Of a stretch of DNA of 64,000 nt, positions 1-10,139 are shown in pieces. The translations under genes were made by a program, and so were the position numbers. Below the pieces are notes generated by a model that was not told the DNA's origin, searched no databases, and saw only the letters and a list, made by a program, of their open reading frames with translations. The stretch is from Nitrosopumilus sp. (lineage in GTDB: Archaea > Thermoproteota > Nitrososphaeria > Nitrososphaerales > Nitrosopumilaceae). Where the stretch lies: positions 1,344,001 to 1,408,000 of the forward strand of contig OZ244651.1 of the NCBI GenBank assembly GCA_965218695.1, in the 5' to 3' direction. Position 1 is the first letter of the stretch, and each line of letters begins with the position of its first letter.

Positions 1-2
1 AA

Positions 3-161
3 AGGTTTGGGACGCCGCTCAAGGCGTTCTCTGCAAGCAGCACGGAGATTGCCAAGGTTGAGGGATTCGGCCAGGCCAGATCAAAGAAGATCAAAAGGAC
101 GCTGTGCACCAAAAGCAGTCTCTCAAAGGAGTCTAGCCAGAAGACCCTGAACGACCCTTGA
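3..161 (+). CDS. 3' fragment of ERCC4/XPF-like nuclease (C-terminal helix-hairpin-helix region), runs off window start
   Basis: Frame 3 reads RFGTPLKAFSASSTEIAKVEGFGQARSKKIK...DP*, a typical HhH pattern (V/IxGhG); stop TGA 159-161. Confidence 0.6.
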   Translation, partial: RFGTPLKAFSASSTEIAKVEGFGQARSKKIKRTLCTKSSLSKESSQKTLNDP

Positions 162-630
162 GAAGCTTCCTTTTGAGGCGCGTCCCGCATGCGGGGCATT
201 CTGATGTGCCTGTGTGGTTTGTCCTGCATCCTGGACAGTAATGAACCCATCTGCCTGCGTCAGTTATCCCGCGGGTCATCACCGGCGAGACCTTCAGGCC
301 CAGGCTCCTTGCCACGTTTGAGACTGCAAAATCGTCAGTGACAATCTCGCCTTTCATCTCGATGCCCACGGCAATAATTGATACGTCCTGCCTTGAAAGC
401 TGCAGGATGTCCCCGGTTCTTCTTGCGGCCCTGAGCGCTGCATCGACTGACGCACCGTCCGGCTCCCTGACCTGCAGCCTTCCGGTGTCAAGCAGGATGC
501 CCAGCGCGTCGTGGCTCTTCTTTATGTGCTTGATCTCCTCGTAGACCAGCCGGGACGTGTGGGATGGTACGGGGGATCCAAACGGAACCCCTGCATAAAA
601 CGCACTCGCATCCAGAATTCTAGTACCCAA
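133..630 (-). CDS. nob1: Nob1-like PIN-domain rRNA maturation endonuclease with C-terminal Zn ribbon
   Basis: ILDASAF PIN start, LSxxDxS and VTDDFAVSN motifs, CPGC...CPACG ribbon. Confidence 0.85.
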   Translation of the reverse strand: MGTRILDASAFYAGVPFGSPVPSHTSRLVYEEIKHIKKSHDALGILLDTGRLQVREPDGASVDAALRAARRTGDILQLSRQDVSIIAVGIEMKGEIVTDDFAVSNVARSLGLKVSPVMTRGITDAGRWVHYCPGCRTNHTGTSECPACGTRLKRKLLKGRSGSSG

Positions 631-1435
631 GCTTGCCCATCTGCCTGAGTCCGCGCTTTTTGAGTCTTACAAAGACTGCGTGCTTTCTGTACTTTTTGAT
701 GATGATGGGCTCCCCGTACCCTGCTGCCTTTATCACCTGAGCATCCATCACGATGCTGCTGTCGTGCGACGATACTATCTCAATCTTCTCGTCGGGAACT
801 ATGATCGACTCCAACCTGTACACCGGGGCGACCGGGGTTATGATGAGGACATCCAGGCTCTCGTGCAGGATCGGGCCGCCAAGCGAAAACGAATGACCGG
901 TGGAGCCGCTTGGCGTTGCAATGATTACCCCGTCCATCTTTTGCTGCACGGTGTCGTTTTGAAACTTTATCTCAATCTCTGATGTTCTTGTCAGATTTGT
1001 CCTGCTGATGTAGATCTCGTTGAGGGCGGGCGGAAACTCCTCGCCTCCGCAGGACGCAACCACCCTGATCCTCTTGTCCAGAAAAAACTTGCCTGCAAGA
1101 ATCTGTTCTATTGCGTCGTCTACCCCCTCGATGGTTATCTCCGAGAGTATTCCCCTGTTCCCGCCTACGTTTATCGTCAGAATGGGGGCCTCGTTATCCA
1201 GGTTTCTAAAGACCCTCAGGGTGGTGCCGTCACCCCCAAGTGTTATGACAAGGTCCAGCCTGATCTTCTTTAGTTCCTCGAGGGACTCCATCTCCTTTGC
1301 CGACTCCACGCTGATTGGCGCTATCGTATACACTATGATCCCCCTTGCCAGAAGCTTCCCTGCGACGTCCCTTGCAGCCTGCTCTGACTCTTTTGACCCA
1401 ACCTTGCTGACTACTGCGACCCTTTGAAGATTCAA
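620..1435 (-). CDS. nadK: NAD(+) kinase
   Basis: GGDGT, ALNE, DGVIIATPSGSTGHSFSLGGP motifs; probable TTG start at 1435 (ORF extends to 1453). Confidence 0.92.
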   Translation of the reverse strand: MNLQRVAVVSKVGSKESEQAARDVAGKLLARGIIVYTIAPISVESAKEMESLEELKKIRLDLVITLGGDGTTLRVFRNLDNEAPILTINVGGNRGILSEITIEGVDDAIEQILAGKFFLDKRIRVVASCGGEEFPPALNEIYISRTNLTRTSEIEIKFQNDTVQQKMDGVIIATPSGSTGHSFSLGGPILHESLDVLIITPVAPVYRLESIIVPDEKIEIVSSHDSSIVMDAQVIKAAGYGEPIIIKKYRKHAVFVRLKKRGLRQMGKLGY

Positions 1436-1620
1436 CCACCCTATATGATACACATTTACATAAAAATCATCTTTTGTCGGCAGTCCTGCACAATCCGACT
1501 GGCCCTGTCAGGCCGTGCCTGCATCGCGTCTGCCTTCGTGCCTGCTGCATGCGGCTGAAGGAATTGGCTTCTGCCTCTTTTTCGGTAAACAGTTAATTAT
1601 GAACCAGCCCTACCGGCATC

Positions 1621-2466
1621 ATGAGTTATGCGGATCCTGGAGTGCTGGTGGATACCCAGTGGGTCTCACAGAACCCTCTCGGAAAAAACCGGCGACTGGT
1701 GGAAGTCGATTATGATCCTGTAAACGCGTACCAAAAGGGCCACATCGATGGCGCAAGCCTGATCTGGTGGAAGCGCGACATTAACGATCCGGTAACCCGG
1801 GACATTATTGGCAAAAAACAGTTTGAAGAATTAATGTCAAGGAATGGGATCGGTTCTGATACTGCCGTTGTTTTGTACGGCGACTTTAACAACTGGTTTG
1901 CCACATTCGTCTTCTGGGTGTTCAAGTATTATGGTCATGGCGACGTCCGGATTATGAACGGCGGACGGAAAAAGTGGGAGCTGGAGGATCGGGAATACAC
2001 GACTGACGAGCCCAATCTGGAGCCTGCCGAGTATAGCGCCCAACCACCCGACGAGGGACTGAGGGCGTATCTGTTTGATGTTCGACGCGCACTGGACCGG
2101 GAAGGTACGGTAATGGTCGATGTACGATCTCCTGCGGAATTCTCAGGCAAGATCACCGCGCCCCCGGAATACCCGATGGAGAATGCACAGAGGGGCGGAC
2201 ACATTCCTGATGCAAACAACATTCCGTGGGCCACGGCAGTCAACGATGCTGACGGGACATTCAAGTCTGTCGAGGAACTGAGGCGGAATTATGAACCCCT
2301 GGGTGTTACTGCAGACAAGGATGTAATCTGTTACTGCAGAATTGGGGAGAGATCCTCTCACAGCTGGTTCGTACTCAAGTACCTGCTGGGGTATCCCCGG
2401 GTTAGAAACTACGACGGTTCGTGGACTGAATGGGGCAACATGATAGGAAATCCTGTGGAACGATAA
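1621..2466 (+). CDS. Tandem-domain rhodanese / thiosulfate sulfurtransferase
   Basis: GHIDGA, DVRSPAEF, GHIP, active-site CRIGERSS, YDGSWTEW signature. Confidence 0.92.
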   Translation: MSYADPGVLVDTQWVSQNPLGKNRRLVEVDYDPVNAYQKGHIDGASLIWWKRDINDPVTRDIIGKKQFEELMSRNGIGSDTAVVLYGDFNNWFATFVFWVFKYYGHGDVRIMNGGRKKWELEDREYTTDEPNLEPAEYSAQPPDEGLRAYLFDVRRALDREGTVMVDVRSPAEFSGKITAPPEYPMENAQRGGHIPDANNIPWATAVNDADGTFKSVEELRRNYEPLGVTADKDVICYCRIGERSSHSWFVLKYLLGYPRVRNYDGSWTEWGNMIGNPVER

Positions 2467-2467
2467 A

Positions 2468-2773
2468 TTGCTACTGGACCTTCCAGTTCTCAAAGAGGGC
2501 TCCTTTTATCTAATCAAGGAAAGCGATACGGATCTTGTCATGGAGGATAAAACCAAGAGGGGACTCTCTGTCCGGGATACATCTGTTGATGAAAAACTAA
2601 ACGTCAATGCCGACAAGGGCATGATACATGACATGGATGGGATAGGACACTGGGTTCCGATCCGGTGGTACTTTTCCAAGGGGTGCTACGGCCTGCCCCA
2701 GGTTCAGACCCATGCCGATGCCATGGAGAAGAGGTACATGGATCTCAGGGCTCTTACCTGTCCGGATGACTAG
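2468..2773 (+). CDS. Hypothetical protein; its TAG stop is the IS630 target site
   Basis: 101-aa ORF starting 1 bp after the rhodanese stop; ends at the CTAG where IS630 begins. Confidence 0.7.
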   Translation: MLLDLPVLKEGSFYLIKESDTDLVMEDKTKRGLSVRDTSVDEKLNVNADKGMIHDMDGIGHWVPIRWYFSKGCYGLPQVQTHADAMEKRYMDLRALTCPDD

Positions 2774-3883
2774 AGTCACGTTCAGAAATAATTTTGCCTC
2801 CCGAAAGGCAACTCGACCGAAAAGCTTTTTGATCGCAGGATTCCCGGGCCATCACGGACGAGAATGACAGGAAGATACGGGAGCTCACGGAGGCCATGAG
2901 GGCAGAGAAGGACGCCAGGATCCGCAACAGGATCATGGCAGTACGCGGGGCGCTCGCAGGATACGCCACAAGGGACGCGGCGTACTTTGCAGACGTGGAC
3001 CGGCGCACGGTGCAGCTGTGGGCGGCGCGGTTCGACGAGGACGGCATGGATGGCCTCCGGGACGCTCCCGGAAGGGGCAGGCCCCCACGCGTAAAGTACG
3101 AGCGGATCAAGAAGCTTGCAGACAGGCTCAGCGGCAAGAACATGCTAACCCCGAGGAAGCTGCGGAACTGGATACGCGGGAAACTATTTGCAAGGTACAG
3201 CTTGTGCAGCGTGCGCAGGATAATGCGATCCCTTGGGTTCTCGTCCAAGAGGTCTACCACGGAGTATGCCTCGGCAGCCGGCGGCGGCGACGAGGTAAGG
3301 CAGTGGCAGGCTGACGCTGCAGGCACGATATCCGGCGCAAAACAGCGTGGATCTACAATCGTGGCGCAGGACGAGTCCATATTCATCAGGATTGGAACGA
3401 ATGGAAGGAAACCGTGGTCGCGCGTCGGGGATCCCGTGGCCGTCGGCAGGAGCGGCAGGAGGGACAAGACGATCGTGTACGGCGCGCTTGCCGGGGACGG
3501 AACCAGGCTTATGCGGCAGTACGAAAAATTCGACGGCCCGACGTTCGTGAAATACCTCAAGGAGGTGCGCCGTAAATGGGGCAAGGTCCTGCTCATAACG
3601 GACAATGCGAGCCAGCACAAGCACGGGAAGGTGCGGGAATATTTGGAGGGGCACGACGAAGTGAGGATCCTGTACCTGCCTACCGCGACGCCAAAGCTCA
3701 GCGCCGTCGAATCTGTATGGAGGGATGCAAAATACAGGCTGGTGACCTCCGAACACTACGAGACGCTGGAGGACCTGACGCACGCGGTGTCAGAATATTT
3801 CAGGACGTGCTTGATCAAGCTCGACATCTACAGATTCCTGTACCGCTGCATATGAGGCGAAATTTTCACTGATCGTCACTCTA
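2771..3883 (+). mobile_element. IS630-family element, copy 1 (intact)
   Basis: Imperfect ~30-bp TIRs (tagagtcacgttcagaaataattttgcctc / gaggcgaaattttcactgatcgtcactcta), CTAG context at both ends with TA duplication. Confidence 0.92.
2896..3855 (+). CDS. IS630 transposase (HTH + DDE)
   Basis: N-terminal HTH, GRPP, QDES...TDNASQH...LPTATPKLSAVESVW DDE motifs. Confidence 0.92.
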   Translation: MRAEKDARIRNRIMAVRGALAGYATRDAAYFADVDRRTVQLWAARFDEDGMDGLRDAPGRGRPPRVKYERIKKLADRLSGKNMLTPRKLRNWIRGKLFARYSLCSVRRIMRSLGFSSKRSTTEYASAAGGGDEVRQWQADAAGTISGAKQRGSTIVAQDESIFIRIGTNGRKPWSRVGDPVAVGRSGRRDKTIVYGALAGDGTRLMRQYEKFDGPTFVKYLKEVRRKWGKVLLITDNASQHKHGKVREYLEGHDEVRILYLPTATPKLSAVESVWRDAKYRLVTSEHYETLEDLTHAVSEYFRTCLIKLDIYRFLYRCI

Positions 3884-4055
3884 GGCCCATATCAGATTAT
3901 AATTTTAACGTGTAAACGGTTTTTTATTTAGTAGGACTGCCGTCCTGGGAGCAGAAGGCGTTTCCCGTCGCGTCTTCGTGCAGGAGACCAACTGTACAAC
4001 GCACGTGGTGTTTGCAAGTTTGAATATTAATTAATTATGCCTGTTAAACTATGGT

Positions 4056-4181
4056 ATGAACCCTCGCACGGCAAGAGGCTCGCTGTTTTCGTCTGGTAAA
4101 CCAAAGGACATTCCTTGGTTCTTCTTTCCGATGATGCTGGGAATCGTGTCGCTGGTCATCATCTTCAAATGGTTTAGCTAG
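4056..4181 (+). CDS. Small single-pass membrane protein (41 aa), below the ORF-track cutoff
   Basis: MNPRTARGSLFSSGKPKDIPWFFFPMMLGIVSLVIIFKWFS*; AT-rich TATA-like sequence at 4022-4050 upstream. Confidence 0.55.
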   Translation: MNPRTARGSLFSSGKPKDIPWFFFPMMLGIVSLVIIFKWFS

Positions 4182-4195
4182 AGAGACATATTGCC

Positions 4196-5307
4196 TAGAG
4201 TCACGTTCAGAAATAATTTCGCCTCCCGAAAGGCAACTCGACCGAAAAGCTTTTTGATCGCAGGATTCCCGGGCCATCACGGACGAGAATGACAGGAAGA
4301 TACGGGAGCTCACGGAGGCCATGAGGGCAGAGAAGGACGCCAGGATCCGCAACAGGATCATGGCAGTACGCGGGGCGCTCGCAGGATACGCCACAAGGGA
4401 CGCGGCGTACTTTGCAGACGTGGACCGGCGCACGGTGCAGCTGTGGGCGGCGCGGTTCGACGAGGACGGCATGGATGGCCTCCGGGACGCTCCCGGAAGG
4501 GGCAGGCCCCCACGCGTAAAGTACGAGCGGATCAAGAAGCTTGCAGACAGGCTCAGCGGCAAGAACATGCTAACCCCGAGGAAGCTGCGGAACTGGATAC
4601 GCGGGAAACTATTTGCAAGGTACAGCTTGTGCAGCGTGCGCAGGATAATGCGATCCCTTGGGTTCTCGTCCAAGAGGTCTACCACGGAGTATGCCTCGGC
4701 AGCCGGCAGCGGCGACGAGGTAAGGCAGTGGCAGGCTGACGCTGCAGGCACGATATCCGGCGCAAAACAGCGTGGATCTACAATCGTGGCGCAGGACGAG
4801 TCCATATTCATCAGGATTGGAACGAATGGAAGGAAACCGTGGTCGCGCGTCGGGGATCCCGTGGCCGTCGGCAGGAGCGGCAGGAGGGCAAGACGATCGT
4901 GTACGGCGCGCTTGCCGGGGACGGAACCAGGCTTATGCGGCAGTACGAAAAATTCGACGGCCCGACGTTCGTGAAATACCTCAAGGAGGTGCGCCGTAAA
5001 TGGGGCAAGGTCCTGCTCATAACGGACAATGCGAGCCAGCACAAGCACGGGAAGGTGCGGGAATATTTGGAGGGGCACGACGAAGTGAGGATCCTGTACC
5101 TGCCTACCGCGACGCCAAAGCTCAGCGCCGTCGAATCTGTATGGAGGGATGCAAAATACAGGCTGGTGACCTCCGAACACTACGAGACGCTGGAGGACCT
5201 GACGCACGCGGTGTCAGAATATTTCAGGACGTGCTCGATCAAGCTCGACATCTACAGATTCCTGTACCGCTGCATATGAGGCGAAATTTTCACTGATCGT
5301 CACTCTA
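4196..5307 (+). mobile_element. IS630-family element, copy 2 (near-identical to copy 1)
   Basis: Same TIRs, CTAG context at both ends, direct orientation relative to copy 1. Confidence 0.92.
4321..5279 (+). pseudogene. IS630 transposase, frameshifted
   Basis: 1-bp deletion near 4888 (aggagggcaagacg versus aggagggacaagacg in copy 1) splits the ORF into 4321-4974 and 4839-5279; a sequencing error cannot be excluded. Confidence 0.8.
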
Positions 5308-5392
5308 GTGCCTCCTGAATGGTCCGATTCTGGCATGTTTGCCAAATTGCATTTGAGAACCTTTTTATGCAAATCCGAACAACTAATGTTGA

Positions 5393-6340
5393 ATGTCGCT
5401 GCTACTAAAGGATCGTGTGTGGTCGATGGAGGCGCCTACTGCCAAACGTGGCGTCTATCCGCTACACGGATTCAAGCTCGGCCTTTACAGACTGCCGATC
5501 AAGCTTGAGGATCCCGTGGAATTACAGTCGGTTCATGACGGCCTCAAAAAGTCATTTGAGATGGACATGTACGCTGACAGGATCTTTGCCACGTACAGGT
5601 GGACGGAGCGAAACATGAATGATCCCGACGCAAGAGGCTACGAGGAGGTGGAGCTGCCAATTACGGTGGAGATTGTAACCGGAGAAGTGGTTGATATCAT
5701 ATACCAGATATTCCCAATTGAAAAGTTCGGTGATCCCCACTGGGTTCAGGACTACCGCAAAAAAGCCGATCACTTTGCCAAGATGATCATTGATACGATA
5801 CTGCGCAACACCATCCTTGCAGACAAGCTCGTCGCATATTATGTAAAATCCGAAAAGATCTCCGAGGTGGTGGCGCTTCAAAAGCTTGAGGATCTAACCC
5901 CGCTGGCCAAGATCGTCCTTGGCGCAAAGCCAAAGCCGCTAGAGGCCACCGAGGAGTTGGACGAGGAGGACGATGGCGCAATCGAGATTCCAGACGGCGC
6001 AAAAGATGGCCCAATCGATGTCGAATTCAAGTCAAAACTCAAACCATCCTCCCCGTATGAGGCTCCAGAACACACCATCAAGACCTGGGGCCGAAGGGGC
6101 GCCAGCAACGGAATCATGGGCGTGTGGGGCGAGTTTGTATCTGTAGACTATGACATTTGTGTCGCCGACGGCGGATGCATCGAGGCATGTCCTGTCAGCG
6201 TCTACGAGTGGTTTGACACCCCGGGAAACCCAGGATCCGAGAAGAAACCGCTGATGTCAAAGGAGCCTGACTGCATATTCTGTCTTGCCTGCGAGGGGGT
6301 CTGTCCGCCCCAGGCGATCAAGATATTCGAGCCGAAATAA
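5393..6340 (+). CDS. Dicluster ferredoxin-family protein with ~200-aa N-terminal extension
   Basis: C-terminal CVADGGCIEACP and CIFCLACEGVCP motifs, resembling archaeal Zn-ferredoxin cores. Confidence 0.85.
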   Translation: MSLLLKDRVWSMEAPTAKRGVYPLHGFKLGLYRLPIKLEDPVELQSVHDGLKKSFEMDMYADRIFATYRWTERNMNDPDARGYEEVELPITVEIVTGEVVDIIYQIFPIEKFGDPHWVQDYRKKADHFAKMIIDTILRNTILADKLVAYYVKSEKISEVVALQKLEDLTPLAKIVLGAKPKPLEATEELDEEDDGAIEIPDGAKDGPIDVEFKSKLKPSSPYEAPEHTIKTWGRRGASNGIMGVWGEFVSVDYDICVADGGCIEACPVSVYEWFDTPGNPGSEKKPLMSKEPDCIFCLACEGVCPPQAIKIFEPK

Positions 6341-6388
6341 CACTTGCAACTATAAATAGTGAATAGCGCCTCTCAGGGATTAGGGAAC

Positions 6389-8455
6389 ATGGACTATACT
6401 CCGTTTGTAAGCTTTACACTCAGCATATTCATGATATCTGCCGTTATAATCACTGCGTACACTTGCAACTTTTACTATCTGGCATACCTGTCCAGCAGGA
6501 GAAAAGATGTTCTGCCCACCGCTGATCTGGGCACCCCGTCAATCACCATCCAGCTTCCAATATACAATGAAAAGTATGTCGCAAGGAGGCTCGTCAGTGC
6601 GGTGTGCAGTCTGGACTACCCCAAGGACAAGATGAGGATAATGGTGCTGGATGACTCTGATGATGACACCGTGGACCTGCTCAGGGACACCGTCTATGAC
6701 TACCAAAAGCAGGGATTTCAAATAGAGCATGTCCGGCGCGGAACAAGGAGGGGGTACAAGGCCGGCGCCCTCAAGCATGCAATGAAGACGACAGACACAG
6801 AGCTTGTCGCCATATTTGATGCAGACTTTATCCCGCCTGAGTGGTTTCTCAGGAAGGCGATTCCATACTTTTCAGAGCCAAGCATAGGCCTGGTGCAGTG
6901 CCGCTGGGGACACGTCAACGAGAACTACTCTGCAATAACCCAGGCGCAGGCGCTGAGTCTTGACTTTCATTTTCTGATAGAACAAAAGGCAAAAAGCAAC
7001 TCCAGCCTCTTTATGAACTTTAACGGGACCGCCGGAATCTGGAAGCGGGACTGCATTGAGGATTCCGGGGGATGGCATACGGCCACGCTGGTGGAGGATC
7101 TGGACCTGAGCTACAGGGCGCAGATGAAGGGATGGAAGTGTATCTTTCTGCCTGACGTTGTGGTGGATGCAGAGCTTCCGGTCCAGATGAATGCGGCAAA
7201 ACGCCAGCAGTTTCGCTGGGCAAAGGGCTCCATACAGTGTGCAATAAAGCTGCTCACCGACATTGTCATCAAGCGCACAGTCGCAGTGGAGACCAAGATC
7301 CAGGCGTTCATCCAGCTGACGCGTCACATAGTGTACCCGCTGATGCTCATACAGTTTCTGGCACTGCCGGTGTTGCTGGCCGGAAAGGTGGACCTCTACA
7401 TAATCAGCCTTCTTCCCGCGCTCACAATTGCAACATACCTTGCAATGGGGCCAGGCGCATACATCATGATAATACAAAAGATGTACAACAAGTCATGGAA
7501 GTCAAAGGCAAAGATACTTCCGGCTCTGCTGGTGTATAACGCCGGAATGTCAGTCAACAACACCGTTGCAGTCTTTGATGCCGTGGTTGGAAGAAAGAAC
7601 GAGTTTCTTCGAACCCCAAAGTACGGCATAATCAAAAACGATGACGGATGGAAAAACAAGGCATACAACCTGCCCTTTACCCAGACCACCCTTCTGGAGA
7701 TATTCTTTGGGGTATATGGCGTGGCCGGGATATTCGTTGCCATATTCTCAAACAATCCAATCTTTGCACCGATCATCGGACTGCAGGCGGTCGGGTTCTT
7801 TTATATCGCCTACATGAGCCTGTCACACACCAGGTATAAAAGAAATAAATCAAACCACAATCCTGTAATGACTGAGAGGGAGAAGATGGCTAACAGAGTT
7901 TACAAACTTTCGATGGTGGGAATAGTTGCAGTCATCCTGTTTGGCGGATTTATGGCACTCTACGGGTACAACTCTGACATATATCCGCTTGACCGAATGA
8001 GGGGTAATCTTGACAGGGTTATCGGCTCCTCTGATCCTGCAGTCATCCAGGCCCATCTGGCTGCAATCGATGATGACATGGCGATCGTGCTTGCAAAGCT
8101 TCCAGAAACGACTGACACGGGCGGCGAGCTTGTTGCCAAAAACCCTGTATGGCTCTTTGCCACAGAGTCTACAAACTTCCTTAGAATCCAGACTGACATC
8201 AACACCATGACTGACAGCATTCAAAAGATCTCAACTGTTCCAAAGGACAGTTCTGCATACCATACCGGAATGATGGACATCAACAGCAGGGCGTTACTGC
8301 TGCAGTCCAACATCACTGATGCAATGCCATACATGTACGTCAGCATCACCAACATACTCCTTGCCACCATGTGGATTGCTGTGATTCTGGGAATATTTGC
8401 AGCCCTGAAGAGGAAGAAGGAACAACTCAGCAGGCTCGACGAGGTCGGCGTCTAG
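6389..8455 (+). CDS. GT2 processive glycosyltransferase (cellulose-synthase-like, CslA/mannan-synthase type), multi-TM
   Basis: QLPIYNE, DDSDD, KAGAL, FDADF, FNGTAGIW, VEDLDLS, QQFRW (QxxRW) motifs. Confidence 0.9.
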   Translation: MDYTPFVSFTLSIFMISAVIITAYTCNFYYLAYLSSRRKDVLPTADLGTPSITIQLPIYNEKYVARRLVSAVCSLDYPKDKMRIMVLDDSDDDTVDLLRDTVYDYQKQGFQIEHVRRGTRRGYKAGALKHAMKTTDTELVAIFDADFIPPEWFLRKAIPYFSEPSIGLVQCRWGHVNENYSAITQAQALSLDFHFLIEQKAKSNSSLFMNFNGTAGIWKRDCIEDSGGWHTATLVEDLDLSYRAQMKGWKCIFLPDVVVDAELPVQMNAAKRQQFRWAKGSIQCAIKLLTDIVIKRTVAVETKIQAFIQLTRHIVYPLMLIQFLALPVLLAGKVDLYIISLLPALTIATYLAMGPGAYIMIIQKMYNKSWKSKAKILPALLVYNAGMSVNNTVAVFDAVVGRKNEFLRTPKYGIIKNDDGWKNKAYNLPFTQTTLLEIFFGVYGVAGIFVAIFSNNPIFAPIIGLQAVGFFYIAYMSLSHTRYKRNKSNHNPVMTEREKMANRVYKLSMVGIVAVILFGGFMALYGYNSDIYPLDRMRGNLDRVIGSSDPAVIQAHLAAIDDDMAIVLAKLPETTDTGGELVAKNPVWLFATESTNFLRIQTDINTMTDSIQKISTVPKDSSAYHTGMMDINSRALLLQSNITDAMPYMYVSITNILLATMWIAVILGIFAALKRKKEQLSRLDEVGV

Positions 8456-9954
8456 GATATGTCAAGTTCCCGTCTGATCTTGTCCACTGCCCTGATTCCG
8501 TAAATGTCCCTTACCTGCTGAATCCTCAGGGATTCGTTGAGGGTCATTTTGCCCATCGTATTTTTCAGCATGGAATAGACCTCCTCAAACCGAATCTCCC
8601 ACCTGTCAGCACAGTCCAGAATCTTGCTTATGGCCCACTGTCTTACCTCGCGGGGAAGCGGGATCTCCTCGCCTGCCTCGATCGAGATTCTGTCAAACAG
8701 GTTGATAATCTGCACGGTCTGCTGCGCCATCTTCTCCAGATCCACCGAATCCCCGTACTTGGATTCTGCATTCATCCTGATGCCTGACTGGTACTCTGAG
8801 AGCCTTAGCAGCGCCATCATCTCCCTTGAAGAGTCCCCTGATGCCTTGCTTGCCGCACTCTTGATCGCCTGAATATCCTTGAACATGCTCTCCGTTTTTT
8901 TGTGAAATTCTGCGTTTCCTGCATCCTGCCTCTTTATCATCTCAGAGGCAGATGCAATCTTCTGCTCTATGCCGTCGGTTCTCTCAAGCATGCCTTCCCT
9001 GAGGCTGTTCAGATCCGACTGGACCGACTTGAGTCCCTCCCCTACAAACGCCGTCGAGTCTGCCCTGCGTGACAGTGTCCCGATATCGGTCTCTATCCTG
9101 TCTATCTTGCCTGCAAGATCACTGACTGACCTCACGCACATGCTGTTTGTGTCCGTGGCATCTGCGGCAACTGCCTTGAACTGATTCTGAAGATTCTCTA
9201 TGACGCCGCCCAGCGAGTCGATCCTTGAGGCCTTTGCCGATATGGCGTCAATCGTTGACCTGATCGCGTTCAGTTCGGAGCCAAGATTGGAATCTGAGGA
9301 GACCTTCTCGGCAATCCTTCCAAGCTCGTCCTTGATGTCTTCAATAACGTGCGTCCCTGCATCCAGCCTTGCAGTCTTTTCTGATATGCCGTCTATGCTC
9401 TTTTTGAGCCTGTCAATGTCGCTGCCAATCTCCAAAAGCGAGTCCGTCCTTCCTGAGACATCTCTGAGTTCGTCTCTTACCTCGTCGATTCTCTGTGCAA
9501 TCCTGATGATCATCTTGGCGTTGTTCTGGATTGAATGCATGCTGTCCTCGACCTGCCGTGCAATCTCCCCGGTGTTTGATGCCTCCTGTATCTTCTGGAC
9601 CCTGCTCACCTCCTCCTGCAGCCTTGCAGTCTGATCGTTGAGCCTTCCTATCACGTCCGACTTGGACTTTACGCGATTCAGGCCGGCATACAGCTTTTGT
9701 GTATCCTCCTCCATTATGCTGATCTGCTTTGAGTGCTTTTGGACATGCTCCAGCGTCGATGTCAGCGCATCCATCATATTCTTCATTGAGACAAGTATCT
9801 TTTGATTGTCCGCAAAGATCTTTGACATTGCCTTGATCTCCTTTTGCAGTGCCTTTGTAGAGTCCGAGACTGATGCGACCTTCTTTAAAAGTGCGGCCGG
9901 ACTCGGCTCCCTCTTCCTTGCAGCCCCAGTAGTCTTTTTTGCGGTACCTGCCAT
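8452..9954 (-). CDS. Long coiled-coil protein of unknown function
   Basis: ~500 aa of heptad-rich, charged helical sequence. Confidence 0.8.
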   Translation of the reverse strand: MAGTAKKTTGAARKREPSPAALLKKVASVSDSTKALQKEIKAMSKIFADNQKILVSMKNMMDALTSTLEHVQKHSKQISIMEEDTQKLYAGLNRVKSKSDVIGRLNDQTARLQEEVSRVQKIQEASNTGEIARQVEDSMHSIQNNAKMIIRIAQRIDEVRDELRDVSGRTDSLLEIGSDIDRLKKSIDGISEKTARLDAGTHVIEDIKDELGRIAEKVSSDSNLGSELNAIRSTIDAISAKASRIDSLGGVIENLQNQFKAVAADATDTNSMCVRSVSDLAGKIDRIETDIGTLSRRADSTAFVGEGLKSVQSDLNSLREGMLERTDGIEQKIASASEMIKRQDAGNAEFHKKTESMFKDIQAIKSAASKASGDSSREMMALLRLSEYQSGIRMNAESKYGDSVDLEKMAQQTVQIINLFDRISIEAGEEIPLPREVRQWAISKILDCADRWEIRFEEVYSMLKNTMGKMTLNESLRIQQVRDIYGIRAVDKIRRELDIS

Positions 9955-10139
9955 GCATTCCATTCAAAAAATTATCATAAAAGAGTTGGGCTAGTTGACT
10001 ACTTTAGGACCGTGGAGAATCTCATGAAATGTCTTTTCGGCCATCCCGTCTGCGGTTGCCGTGAAAGACATGGTGCAGTGTTGGCATCGAATCATATGGT
10101 ACTGTATAGTACGGTACTACTAATACTTTGTGGGGCCAG

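Noticed and set aside
4839-4974. Programmed frameshift in IS630 copy 2
   Set aside because: Copy 1 encodes the same protein in one frame and no slippery tract lies at the site; it is a 1-bp deletion
8452-9954. Methyl-accepting chemotaxis protein or SMC ATPase
   Set aside because: Coiled coil only; no MCP hairpin signature and no Walker motifs
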